From positions 30,451 to 94,450 of IMG/VR virus record IMGVR_UViG_3300020049_013434: DNA of 64,000 nucleotides. The stretch is one strand, 5' to 3'. The stretch comes from a virus. Its lineage: Duplodnaviria; Caudoviricetes. Both the position numbers and the translations under genes were made by a program. A model generated the notes under the pieces. It searched no databases. It saw only the letters and a list, made by a program, of their open reading frames with translations, and was not told where the DNA came from. This document shows positions 19,670 to 29,335 of the stretch, one piece after another. The first letter of the stretch is position 1, and each line of letters opens with the position of its first letter.

Positions 19670-19891
19670 TCGGAGCAGATTGACTGAGGACGTGTTAATG
19701 TGACCGTCGATAAGCAGCGACACAACCGCTGAGGTCCGATTAGGCGTTCTGGTCTTCTCCATGATCCTCGCGACGTATTCCTGCGCTGTGCGGGCGGTTA
19801 TGGTCAACTCCCTGGCAATCTGTACGTCGCTGTAGCCGGCAGCGACTAGCAGGGAGACTTCCATCTCCCGTTTACTCAAGAGATTCGACAT
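19652..19891 (-). CDS. LuxR/GerE-type HTH regulator, candidate late activator
   Basis: LSKREMEV..LVAAGYSDVQIARELTITARTAQEYVARIMEK..NRT. Confidence 0.9.
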   Translation of the reverse strand: MSNLLSKREMEVSLLVAAGYSDVQIARELTITARTAQEYVARIMEKTRTPNRTSAVVSLLIDGHINTSSVNLLRKNPEF

Positions 19892-22487
19892 GGGCAGCTC
19901 CGTTCACTGAAAACGTAACCGGCTGGATATTCTTGCGCGCATACTGATCGTCGAGAAAGTCTTGTGCTTCCCGCAGAATCTTCTTCTCTTCCTCGGTCTG
20001 GGCAGCGTTAGGCTGGTTGGTGGAGCCGACGATATCCGGCGTCGCCTGCGCCATCTGCTCCTCCATTTTCGCCTCTTGCTCTTCGTGGTGCTTGACCAGA
20101 TAGGCGTACTGGGCTTCGTTAATGTCGCCGGCATCAAGCATGGTCTGGAAGGCGACTACGGCATTAATCTGCTTGGACTCAAGGCGAATCTGCAGCTCTT
20201 CTGCGCGCAGCTTGCGTAGCTCGCCCTTAATGCGATCCTGCTCGTCGTCCTGCTGATCAAAGGAGGGTAGACAGGACATGGGCACCCACTTCTCGCCCAG
20301 CTCCGTCGTTAGGCTCTCTACCCACACGCCAGGCGTCTTGCGCATGGTCTTAAGGTGACTCACTTCGGCGTCTGCCCTGGTGGCGCCACGCACGGTCGCC
20401 GGCCACAACTCACGTGGGTCAAAGCCGTAGCCCATGGCGACAATGTTAATGCCAATGTTGACGCTGGTCTCCTCGTCGTACCCCTCCGGTAGACGCTTGA
20501 GAGGAATGCGTTCAATCGAGGCAGCCCGAATCAGCTCTGGTGCGCCACGGATACCAATGTAGGCAAGCTTGGAGTGGCGGGTTAAGCCCTCGGCGTCCGC
20601 TTTGAGATCAGCCTTGGCGAAGGCGTCAGCTAGGTCGTCAACCGAGAAGCCACGCCCAAACACGATTTCGCTGACCGGTCGTGCGCCGAGCCATTCCTCT
20701 TTTAGTACGGAGATGTCGGTTAGGTGGAGGGCGTTGGAGATACAGCGGCTTACCGCCGAGACGCCAACGCCAAACATGTTGAAGCGCGGGCTTGGCATTT
20801 GCGAGGTAAAAAGAACACGCGTGCGGTGCAGCTTGTAGCGGTGATACTTGCCCTTCTTGTCGCGCGTCTCAAAGATCACGGGATACTCTGGATCGCCGGA
20901 TCGAGTACAGTTGTGTACGATCATGTTGGCGGCAACAAAGTTGTGATTATCCATGACATCAATACAGAATGATGCGGCTTGACCGCCGTTGTACACCTGT
21001 TCTACCGAGATCACCCTATCGTAGTAAATCGGTGACTTCTCTGGTTCCCACAGGGAAGGGTCGTAGGCTGGCGCATTGTCCGGGAGTTTGTAGCGTAGGC
21101 ATGGCGGAATATATGGACCAACCATAGCGGCAAGAGCGGCCATTCCGTCAGCGCTAATGCGAATCTGCGGATACGTCCTCCCGGTACGTTTGTCATGACT
21201 GTACACCGTCTTGCACCGAATCCCAGCGGAACACATGATATCGCACAGCCAGTCTACATCCTCTGGATCGAACGACATTGCTGCAATTTCTCCGCCTGGC
21301 CGTCCCCAGTTGTTCTGCTTCTTTATCATTCTACCGTCATCGGCGTACCAGGCAGCCAGCATTCTTGGGCCAAAGTGTGCTTCTACAAGCTGCCGATTGA
21401 CGATTTTCTTTCCGTCTGGATACCACATTTCCCGCCAATCTCCCAGGCTGGGAGTATTGAGCGACTGGGTTCCAACGCACGTTTTATGTAGTCTTCGCGA
21501 GAAGGTGAAGTCGCGAAGATAGCGCTCCTTAATCGCCATCCACTCTTCCTGAACTCTTCCATGCATAAATTGCAAGCACGACTTTCCTGAGTTGTACTGA
21601 CGACCAATGAAGGCGTCGCCAAGAACCGTACCAACCATGAGCTCTGCCTGCGACTTTGTAAAATCAGGAAATGGGGTCGCGATTCTGCTTTCGGTGGTTA
21701 AATCCTCTGCTCTAACCCATCCGCTTGTTGTTAACATTTCATGATCGTTGGTAACTGTGATGCCCTCCTGTCTACCATTCCCTCTGTACAGTGAATGGGC
21801 AAGATTTATTCTCAGCCACTTTCTGTCGCCAAGGCGCGACTCATGCCAGCCAACAACCGGCTTTGGCTCAAGGTTTCCGTCCGGGCCGAGCGACATTACG
21901 CTAACCTTCATCTGTCCGCGCACGATATCAATAATTGGAATTACTGACCCGTCTTCGAGCATCACTCTGGTTGTGCGATCGAGACACATTTGACTATCAA
22001 GGTGACGCAGTCCAAGCCCGTACAGGTAGGTCTTTGTGCCTGGCACCAGAGTTGGCTCAATCGGTCCAGAGGGGTCGCCGCCACCGATGATCTCGGCAAA
22101 TGCGCCGTTGTCCTGCGTCTGCCAGTCGATAATGAAGGGCAGCATTTCGCGGGCAAAGGCGAGGCGAAGGAGAGCGCTCGACCAATAAGCTAAGTCACGA
22201 TTACGCTTGTTCTCTTTATCGCGCGGCATGACGCCAACGGGAATCGAGAAGAGGCGGGACGAGGTCACGTTAGTGGTGGAGAGAAGAATGTCGCTGCGCA
22301 ACAACGCCTCCCACAGAAATTTGTCGCGCTGCCTGCTCCACCACGGGTAGACGCGCTCTGAAATAAAGATTGGGTTGACGCGGATGCCGGTAAGTTGCGG
22401 TTCTTCGATCGTCGGCTGCGGGGCAAGCCGCGACGTTGTGTCCACGGCAGCGACTAGGTCGCGCGTGTCCTCGTACTGAGACGCCAT
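19872..22487 (-). CDS. Portal protein with LAGLIDADG intein
   Basis: DNGAFAEII and GVGVSAV portal-like motifs; position upstream of protease/capsid; intein in frame. Confidence 0.8.
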   Translation of the reverse strand: MASQYEDTRDLVAAVDTTSRLAPQPTIEEPQLTGIRVNPIFISERVYPWWSRQRDKFLWEALLRSDILLSTTNVTSSRLFSIPVGVMPRDKENKRNRDLAYWSSALLRLAFAREMLPFIIDWQTQDNGAFAEIIGGGDPSGPIEPTLVPGTKTYLYGLGLRHLDSQMCLDRTTRVMLEDGSVIPIIDIVRGQMKVSVMSLGPDGNLEPKPVVGWHESRLGDRKWLRINLAHSLYRGNGRQEGITVTNDHEMLTTSGWVRAEDLTTESRIATPFPDFTKSQAELMVGTVLGDAFIGRQYNSGKSCLQFMHGRVQEEWMAIKERYLRDFTFSRRLHKTCVGTQSLNTPSLGDWREMWYPDGKKIVNRQLVEAHFGPRMLAAWYADDGRMIKKQNNWGRPGGEIAAMSFDPEDVDWLCDIMCSAGIRCKTVYSHDKRTGRTYPQIRISADGMAALAAMVGPYIPPCLRYKLPDNAPAYDPSLWEPEKSPIYYDRVISVEQVYNGGQAASFCIDVMDNHNFVAANMIVHNCTRSGDPEYPVIFETRDKKGKYHRYKLHRTRVLFTSQMPSPRFNMFGVGVSAVSRCISNALHLTDISVLKEEWLGARPVSEIVFGRGFSVDDLADAFAKADLKADAEGLTRHSKLAYIGIRGAPELIRAASIERIPLKRLPEGYDEETSVNIGINIVAMGYGFDPRELWPATVRGATRADAEVSHLKTMRKTPGVWVESLTTELGEKWVPMSCLPSFDQQDDEQDRIKGELRKLRAEELQIRLESKQINAVVAFQTMLDAGDINEAQYAYLVKHHEEQEAKMEEQMAQATPDIVGSTNQPNAAQTEEEKKILREAQDFLDDQYARKNIQPVTFSVNGAAHVESLE
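20910..21986 (-). mobile_element. Intein with LAGLIDADG homing endonuclease (359 aa)
   Basis: Starts CLDRTTRV, block B TNDH, GTVLGDA and AWYADDG endonuclease motifs, ends HNFVAANMIVHN followed by Cys. Confidence 0.9.
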
Positions 22488-22571
22488 ATATGCATTCCCT
22501 TCACACCTACATTCTCACACTCTCACAGTAAGATTGTAGGCTATAACCGACAGAAAATCAAGTACTGTATA

Positions 22572-23096
22572 TTATGTCTCGCTACCAAGCACTTTTTTCT
22601 TCCAACGGTAGTAAGTTGCCCTATGAATACCGAGCAAAAATATTAGCCCACGCTCGGTCACCTGACCACTTTCGACGTAGTGATAAGCGCGCAGAAAGCG
22701 CTCGCGACTCATTACCTTGGGTCGTCCGCCGAGCTTGCCATTCTCCTTCAATTGATCGATAAAGTGCCGTTTCCGTTCAACACGCACGGACGCGGCAGCT
22801 TCATCGATACGCTTGAGGAAGTTCAGGGTATACTCGCGAAAAGGACCAGCCGTGTCCAGATTGCCGTCAAGTACACGAAGATTAGCCCGGCGCTTCTCTA
22901 GGACAAAGCGGATAAACTCGTAGAGCTTATCTTCCTGCATGTACAGGCGATCGAGTGCAGTGACCACGACTGTATCGCCGGGGGACAGTCGATCACGCAC
23001 GCGTTCCAAACTATCCTCGATAATGGTGCAGCCTTGGGCGCGCAATCGCTTGAACTGGCTGCCGTCCTTATCGTCTCGCAAGAGTCCAATGAGCAT
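22572..23096 (-). CDS. Degenerate serine resolvase-family protein with HTH
   Basis: GDTVVVTALDRL, GGRP and GIHRATYYRW are retained, but GYARVS is replaced by GLLRDD. Confidence 0.75.
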   Translation of the reverse strand: MLIGLLRDDKDGSQFKRLRAQGCTIIEDSLERVRDRLSPGDTVVVTALDRLYMQEDKLYEFIRFVLEKRRANLRVLDGNLDTAGPFREYTLNFLKRIDEAAASVRVERKRHFIDQLKENGKLGGRPKVMSRERFLRAYHYVESGQVTERGLIFLLGIHRATYYRWKKKVLGSET

Positions 23097-23097
23097 G

Positions 23098-23931
23098 TTA
23101 CCCCGTCCGAATGTCTGTGTACTCGTCCACTTGTGGCACCTCTTTGACCGCCTGCGCATAGGCTCGTCTTGGGTCGCCGTGTTCGTTCATACGGCGCCAG
23201 AAGGCGTAGGTGAAGTCGGCGGCGTCCTGCGTGTCAATGTCCTCCTTGACGAAGACAACGCAAGCCAGCCCAGCCAGCTCATCGGCGACAGCAGAGGTCT
23301 GACAGGCAGCCAGGAAGATCACATCAACGCCGGTCACGTTCTCATTCCACCAAGCCGGCTCTGCAATGCCGTCGACCAGGTGAACGCCTTCCTTGTTCGC
23401 GTGGGAGGAGACGTGCATCCACTTGTACATATTGTTGTCCTGGCGATGCCTGCGCAGCTCAGATACAATCTCTGCCTTCGTGGCGTTGACAGTACGCTTG
23501 AAACGCACGTTGGCACGGCGTAGCGCTCTTCGATCGAGCTCACACATGGCGGTGTCGCCACAGACGACGAGCAGGTCGTTACCGGAGGCTGATTCCTCCA
23601 TGAGCCTGAGCGACGGACTATTCATACTCTTCTCAGCAATCACCTTCTCCAGATCGCGCACGCGAATGCCCTTGTTTTGTAGCTCTTCGATCAAAAAAGT
23701 TACCCTGCCCTCAAGGGCATGGATACGCTCGTCGTCGGCGCGCTTAATACTCTCGTAGCGCTCTCTTTGCTCATCCATATCTTGCTTGAGCTCGGCGATC
23801 TTTTGCTCATGCACAAGCGACTGTTCGGACTCGCCGATACGATGACCGAGGCGGCTTTCGAGCCAGCGCAGCAAGGAAAAGCTTGCAACGACAATTGCGA
23901 TTACAGTGACAACATCACTATTTAGGACCAT
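23098..23931 (-). CDS. Membrane-anchored coiled-coil + CHAT (caspase-like) protease
   Basis: N-terminal TM, coiled coil, then MHVSSHA (His) and FLAACQT (Cys) dyad motifs and IDTQDAADFTYAFW. Confidence 0.75.
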   Translation of the reverse strand: MVLNSDVVTVIAIVVASFSLLRWLESRLGHRIGESEQSLVHEQKIAELKQDMDEQRERYESIKRADDERIHALEGRVTFLIEELQNKGIRVRDLEKVIAEKSMNSPSLRLMEESASGNDLLVVCGDTAMCELDRRALRRANVRFKRTVNATKAEIVSELRRHRQDNNMYKWMHVSSHANKEGVHLVDGIAEPAWWNENVTGVDVIFLAACQTSAVADELAGLACVVFVKEDIDTQDAADFTYAFWRRMNEHGDPRRAYAQAVKEVPQVDEYTDIRTG

Positions 23932-24322
23932 CTCGGTTCACCAGACGAATATAAGCTATTCCATGGATTGTTGCGACGTAGAAGTAGGTAAAGAATCCAC
24001 TGGAGTACGGATTGGGCAGCCCAAGGCATAGCCCGACGCCCAACCAAATCAGAAAGAGGCTTCTTAGAACTCGCTTTCTCACTTTTCTGTACTCTTTATA
24101 GAGGCAAATTGCGAGAGCAAGTCCGTAGCTGGCAACGATACCACCCCATACCCAGTATGGCGCAATCGCTGCCATGAGCTCATAGGCAGGACGATCATAG
24201 TCGACCATGCCAACGCAGAACCAAATTCCCCACAGGAATGCGAAGAGGGCAGAGACCCACTCTATTATACGGACCTCTGCGACGAACCAGCGATATGGCA
24301 CTATTCTTCTCCCGGAAAACAA
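23918..24322 (-). CDS. Four-TM membrane protein
   Basis: Four hydrophobic segments; overlaps the CHAT gene start; start codon uncertain. Confidence 0.65.
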   Translation of the reverse strand: MFSGRRIVPYRWFVAEVRIIEWVSALFAFLWGIWFCVGMVDYDRPAYELMAAIAPYWVWGGIVASYGLALAICLYKEYRKVRKRVLRSLFLIWLGVGLCLGLPNPYSSGFFTYFYVATIHGIAYIRLVNRDGPK

Positions 24323-24444
24323 AGCACGCCCAACCGAGGCGGTGTGGGCGTGACTACCTCATTGTACCATGAATGCAACCTTAAAGAAAGCTGTCGTTAT
24401 ATCTTTTTATCGTAATTGGCGCAAAGATCCTTCGGCTGTCCTCG

Positions 24445-24495
24445 AAAAACCCCGAATTCTAAGGGATAGGAAGGCTCTTGTTCGACTGCTATGCT
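24445..24495 (+). promoter_or_regulatory. Late-promoter activator box, copy 3, with -10
   Basis: AAAAACCCCGAATTCTAAGGGATA-N18-TGC-TATGCT. Confidence 0.75.
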
Positions 24496-24533
24496 TGATC
24501 AAAGCGGAAATATTCTTAGTGCGAGGAGCATTC

Positions 24534-25160
24534 ATGATTGGTCAAGCACGCATGGGCGGCGTTTTACATGCCCGAAAAATCAAGCGACCTGTTGCGCCAT
24601 TGTCCTGGCGCGTGCGCAACGCCCTGCGCTGGACTTATATCTGGGGCGTTATCACAGTAGCGGCCGCCAAGCTGTTTACGAAGGTGACCGGCGTACCGAC
24701 GATTACCAGTCAGTTGGCAGTCAAGGTCAATCGGGGTCAGGGCTGGGTGGACTATGGTGTTGTCAGTCGACGCGTGGTGACAGACGCTGGGGTAGCATTC
24801 ATAGTCGACGCTTGGCAGAATACTGTCGAGCTCGAAAATATGAAGTACCACGGCGTCGGTACGGGAACGACAGCGGAGGCAGCGAATCAGACAGCGCTCA
24901 TTACGGAGTCCACGACCGCGCTCGACCCCGACAGCACGCGCGCCACAGGGACGCAGACGGAGCCGGCAACCCACCAGCTCAAGAGCGCCGGGACTGTTAC
25001 CTTCGACGCTAGCGCCGCGATCACGGAGCATGGGCTTTTTTCCGCCTCCGCAACTGGGACGGGGGTTCTTTTTGATCGGAGTGTCTTTTCTGCGATCAAC
25101 GTGGCTTCGGCCGACAGTATTTCCTTTGAATACACGGTCACTTTCACCTCTGGTGGATAG
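24534..25160 (+). CDS. Virion structural protein (opposite strand to the main module)
   Basis: VVTDAG...GVGTGTTA..ANQTAL..E...ITEHGLF...GVLFDR pattern of phage tail/fibre-base proteins; GAGGAG RBS; driven by a late-type box. Confidence 0.65.
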   Translation: MIGQARMGGVLHARKIKRPVAPLSWRVRNALRWTYIWGVITVAAAKLFTKVTGVPTITSQLAVKVNRGQGWVDYGVVSRRVVTDAGVAFIVDAWQNTVELENMKYHGVGTGTTAEAANQTALITESTTALDPDSTRATGTQTEPATHQLKSAGTVTFDASAAITEHGLFSASATGTGVLFDRSVFSAINVASADSISFEYTVTFTSGG

Positions 25161-25221
25161 GTGGTTATCCAAGTTGCAACGAACTGACTTGTGTGCTACA
25201 ATTGTATCGGAGGTTAACGAT

Positions 25222-25302
25222 ATGATTAAGACATGCGAGAATTGCAATAAGGAATTTAAGGCGCGCCAAGAGTCAACAAGGTTCTGCAGTAGGTCAGCGT
25301 GA
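25222..25302 (+). pseudogene. Truncated zinc-finger fragment (HNH N-terminus-like)
   Basis: MIKTCENCNKEFKARQESTRFCSRSA* after a GGAGG RBS; stops without the expected last Cys. Confidence 0.35.
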
Positions 25303-25373
25303 GACCGACAAGACGGACAGCACCTGTCAGCGGCAGAAGCAATTGTTAACGTGTTCGAGGATAAGGTTCAGAG

Positions 25374-26021
25374 ATGGATACTGTTTGTCGTCGCACTCTT
25401 TTGGCTCGTGTCTATCTTGCTTTTGCACTTTTCTTCCTAGCTTCGTGCATTATCCCGGAAAGTAAGCCGCAACCCCGCGGCTTTTTGTCACCCCTCAATG
25501 TCCCACTGCCATTAGCCTACAACAACTATCTTCCGGCAGTCTCCGGCGCGCCGCTCTCTGACGATGCCGTTTGTTTTGGCTCTGAGGGCGCCCTACAGTT
25601 CTACAATCGCCTGAAGGCGGATAGTCGGCAGCATCGTACCATCATGCGCTGTAACCGCTCCCTTGTGGCTGCAGCGAAGGCTAGAGCGCAATCTCTCGTA
25701 GCCACAGACCATTGGGCACACTGCGATCCGGGTGGCAAGGTCTGCGCAAACAGCTATGCCGAGTCCCGTGGCTGTCGCTTGCCCAATGATTATGTGGTTG
25801 ACGGCAATAATATTGAGAGTCTTGGTGGCGGCAGTCCCGATATGCAACCAATTTATAATGCCCTGGCAGGTAGTCCGAGTCACAGCGTCCACTTGTTTGC
25901 CAGAAACAACGACGGCACGAAGAGCGCCTTCTTTGTGCGCCAGACCGAAGTGGGCATTGCCGTGGCGGAAGGCGGCAAGTTCGGCTGGGTCTGGGTCATT
26001 CTGATTTCTGAGTGCGCGTAG
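25374..26021 (+). CDS. CAP/SCP-domain lipoprotein
   Basis: Lipobox LASC, YLPAV motif, AAKARA..HWAH, GSPSH, EVGIAV. Confidence 0.75.
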   Translation: MDTVCRRTLLARVYLAFALFFLASCIIPESKPQPRGFLSPLNVPLPLAYNNYLPAVSGAPLSDDAVCFGSEGALQFYNRLKADSRQHRTIMRCNRSLVAAAKARAQSLVATDHWAHCDPGGKVCANSYAESRGCRLPNDYVVDGNNIESLGGGSPDMQPIYNALAGSPSHSVHLFARNNDGTKSAFFVRQTEVGIAVAEGGKFGWVWVILISECA

Positions 26022-26310
26022 CCAAGCCAAGGCGTTCCCGAATGGGATGCAGATTTCCCGGACACTCTATCGCCCCGTACAGCATAAGAACCAGATCGGT
26101 CAAGTTGTTAGCGCCCGTCTTTGCATAGATCGTGGAAATGTGTCCGGCCGTCGCCGATCGCGAGATTGTTAACTTCCTCGCAATATCGTTGAGATAGGTG
26201 TGCCCCGCCATGACAAGCAGCAACACCTCCGTCTGGCGCCGCGTCAGGCTTCTTCCGTACAGCTCGCCCAAGTCGCGCGCCAGATCGTCAGATCTTACTC
26301 GCGGTCGCAT
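25996..26310 (-). CDS. Second LuxR-type HTH regulator
   Basis: LTRRQTEVLLLVMAG..IARKLTISRSATAGHISTIYAK. Confidence 0.85.
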   Translation of the reverse strand: MRPRVRSDDLARDLGELYGRSLTRRQTEVLLLVMAGHTYLNDIARKLTISRSATAGHISTIYAKTGANNLTDLVLMLYGAIECPGNLHPIRERLGLATRTQKSE

Positions 26311-26846
26311 TATGCCTCAGTCCACTGCCAAGTCAGCCCATAGCTCGTGTGGATATTGTAGCGGGGCTGCTCTATGCTGCCCAACCCCATGCCATTGACC
26401 TTATCGGCGAGACCAACTGGTGCGGCATTGTATGCCGGCGCCGGTGCGTACATGTCGAAGTTGGCAGCCCACGGCTCACCTTGCTTGGCTTCCGTCTTCA
26501 TGTCGACAAAGGCATTTCCCCATGACACACGAATCTTCTCTCCGACCACCCTGCGCCCCGCCTTGTCCAGTAACTCCACAAAGATATGGTGACGCCCACC
26601 TGACTCATTTTCGTCCATCCAGACGGCTTTTACGAGCTTCCAGTAGTCCGATCCTGGCGCCGGATTCGCTAACTCAAGCGTGGCTCCCCGCACAGTTAAG
26701 CGCGGGTCCCAGTTCGTCGGCGTCGGTGGCTTTGGCGGCTCCACAGGACCCTCCACATCCGGCACAACCACAATTGGAATAAAGATCCGATCGTCGCCCT
26801 TCTCCAGCAGTGCCTTCAACTCCTGTATCGATATTTGACTGTTCAT
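26310..26846 (-). CDS. Host-type surface/cell-wall domain protein
   Basis: IFIPIV motif, Pro-rich linker, WDPRL...GGRHHIFV...GMGLG...HTSYGLTWQ domain recalled from Chloroflexota proteins. Confidence 0.5.
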   Translation of the reverse strand: MNSQISIQELKALLEKGDDRIFIPIVVVPDVEGPVEPPKPPTPTNWDPRLTVRGATLELANPAPGSDYWKLVKAVWMDENESGGRHHIFVELLDKAGRRVVGEKIRVSWGNAFVDMKTEAKQGEPWAANFDMYAPAPAYNAAPVGLADKVNGMGLGSIEQPRYNIHTSYGLTWQWTEA

Positions 26847-27635
26847 GAACTCGCTTCTCCTCAAACAAGATACTCGTCAGCAACTCTCTGTTACCGGCGT
26901 GGTCGTCCTCACTAGGGTGCAGCACCCAGAGCAAGGTGTCCAGACGTTGGTACAGGTACACGCTCTCGTCCGTCGTCTTGTCAGACTCAACGAAGAGCTT
27001 CAGTAAGCCCTCGTAGCGCCGCTCGATCTCATATCGGGAGCGCATGGTAAAGCTTGCCTTCGCTGCAGCCTCCCAGCCCGCCTTGATATGCGGACGCAGG
27101 TCCTGCCACTCTGGAATGACTGTACCGTCGTAGGCGAGTCCGCCAACCTCCGTGCGATAAGCTTCAAACGCCCGTTTTGCTTCTTTCATAAATCTCCTCT
27201 ACTTCTTTTCCTAAAGGAACGACCTCAATGTCAAGCCAGAACCGAGTAGCCATAATTGGCGCACTCAGGTCGGTTCTCTCAAACTTATCGGCATTGTAAA
27301 ACAGGTCTCTTCCGACAAACGTCGTCTCAACCTTCCGCCATACGTATGCAGCGTCCGATCCGCCTCCAGCACGTATCCATTCGTCGTTCATTCGGAAGAA
27401 CCTGCCAACCTCAAGCTCACCGAATGGAACTGTCGCCTGCCCGCTCACCGACCACCTCCGACCGTCTTAACGCCGGCAACAATCTGTATCGCTTGGTCTC
27501 CCGTGAAGTCCTGGTCGAGCAGCGCCTTGTACAGCCGGCGATACAGCTTAGCCGTCGCCTCCATGACCTGCGGCTTCGACATGATCTCAAGCGACTGCAG
27601 GGTTATCTCGGTCGCCTTATCCATTTCACTTTGAT

Positions 27636-28124
27636 TCATACTGTTATCCTATCTGTTTTCTCACTATGCCTTTGACATACCGGCATATCTTCAACAAAGC
27701 TAACGGCAGGGAATCCGCACTCGCACCAGCCGTAGCGTCCGATACCCCACAAGTGGCGCGGTCGCTCCTGCCCAAGCTTTACAAAGTGATAGCATGGGTC
27801 ACACCAGCCTGACCGAGAGTGCTCGACGGACGCCAGGGGGACGCTACAGGTCTTGCATGTGTACTCCGGGTCCCACAGGTGCCTTGGGCGCTCCTTCTTG
27901 TTGCGGCGGTGATAGTTGTGACAGGGTCCGCAACGCAGGTTTGCCACCAGTTCCGGCGACCCGCAGTTCTTGCACCAGCGCGGTTTGTTTTTCTGGTGAC
28001 GACCGAGGATCTTTGTGTAGAGCTTTGCCGGTCGCTCCACGCCGTGCAGGTTATAGTAGCGCAGGCAGGCGTTGCAGCGATTCTTGGCGTATACTTCGGA
28101 TCGATTGCAGTTATCACACAGCAC
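27636..28124 (-). CDS. Tandem GATA-like zinc-finger protein
   Basis: Three CxxC-xn-CxxC-(Y/H)..ERP repeats, e.g. CNACLRYYNLHGVERP. Confidence 0.6.
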   Translation of the reverse strand: MLCDNCNRSEVYAKNRCNACLRYYNLHGVERPAKLYTKILGRHQKNKPRWCKNCGSPELVANLRCGPCHNYHRRNKKERPRHLWDPEYTCKTCSVPLASVEHSRSGWCDPCYHFVKLGQERPRHLWGIGRYGWCECGFPAVSFVEDMPVCQRHSEKTDRITV

Positions 28125-28654
28125 AAGTTGCTCCTAAATTGCTCGCGAAAATTGCCACTTTCAAAAGCTATTCAACCGCGCCTTCAAGCTTCTAGTCCAG
28201 GCAATCAGGTATATAAAGCGATTCCAAAACCTGTACTCCGCATTGATCATCCACACGGGCGCCAGGCAGCGGGCAATGACGTAGGGCGACTCCAGTAGAC
28301 GCCAGCCGTCATCCTCCCTGAACTCCCACTTCTGGCGCAATAGCCAGCTCTGCAAGAGCATTAGGATCGGGCAGGTATATCTGGTATTGAGCGCCCATGG
28401 CTGCTTTTTTCTCATGACTTATCCTCCACTGCGCCTATCCATTCGCTTAGTATCTCGGTGATGCCCATTGTGTCGAAAATGAATTTGCAATCTGCCAATG
28501 TGCGGATCTCGCCTTGCTCATAGGCTTCGCGCACGATATGAGCTATCCAACGCGCTTCAATTAGCGACATTTTTTACTCCTTAAAATAGGTTGGCATAAC
28601 TTTCTTTTTATACCAACCTACGGCTTGATACAAGGACCATTTAATTAAGCTGAT

Positions 28655-28692
28655 CACTATTTCCTATACGGTTAGCCGTATAGGAAATAGTG
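28655..28692. terminator. 17-bp perfect inverted repeat
   Basis: CACTATTTCCTATACGG-TTAG-CCGTATAGGAAATAGTG. Confidence 0.6.
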
Positions 28693-28753
28693 CCAAATCG
28701 TCCCAATCTCAGTATCACTGGCAGCGTTGACACAAAAGTAGACTTGTCAACAG

Positions 28754-29335
28754 TTATTCAGAGCTATCTTTCCCGGGATCATTCCACTCAGATAGTTCTG
28801 TCGAGACATCTATCAGGGAATAAGCCTCAAGCGCTCTCTTTATGATATCGATTGGTACACAAACGTTTCTGGTAACGTACCCTTTGTTCTTCGACGTGGA
28901 CAAAGAGAATCCTTTTTTGCGTTCCTGACCCCACTGTATCCACTGCTGACCGCGCGCCAACCAGACGCGTCTCAGTATATGCCATGGAAATAGATAGCAT
29001 TTCTTGGTTGGCATAATGGCGTATGCGAGATAGTCAATGGCTAGGTCCTTCGCCATCCACCCAGGAGCACCAGTCGTATCTACAGACACATATTCCAGTA
29101 AGATATCGCCATAGTCCTTCTTGCGTTTCTTCTCATCTATAGCAACGGTAAGACCGTTTGCTAGATATAGAATTCTATCTACGCCCATGCGCTGGCTAGC
29201 AGTATCTCCCTTGCACATCATGTGGTTCACAAGGTTGGGGAAGGCTTTCTTGTAAACTGCATCCCAGAACGGTTCGCAGCTCGCCCGCTCACTATAGGCA
29301 AGCTGTTCGTTGAAACTGTGAACTATGTTACTCAC
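28754..29335 (-). CDS. PD-(D/E)xK-like nuclease
   Basis: GVDRIL...AIDEK...DILLE motif arrangement. Confidence 0.55.
   Translation of the reverse strand: MSNIVHSFNEQLAYSERASCEPFWDAVYKKAFPNLVNHMMCKGDTASQRMGVDRILYLANGLTVAIDEKKRKKDYGDILLEYVSVDTTGAPGWMAKDLAIDYLAYAIMPTKKCYLFPWHILRRVWLARGQQWIQWGQERKKGFSLSTSKNKGYVTRNVCVPIDIIKRALEAYSLIDVSTELSEWNDPGKDSSE

Noticed and set aside
22572-23096. Functional invertase or integrase
   Set aside because: Catalytic serine motif is absent
24369-24533. N-terminal extension of the 263-aa ORF
   Set aside because: Runs through the late promoter box; a better RBS supports ATG 24534
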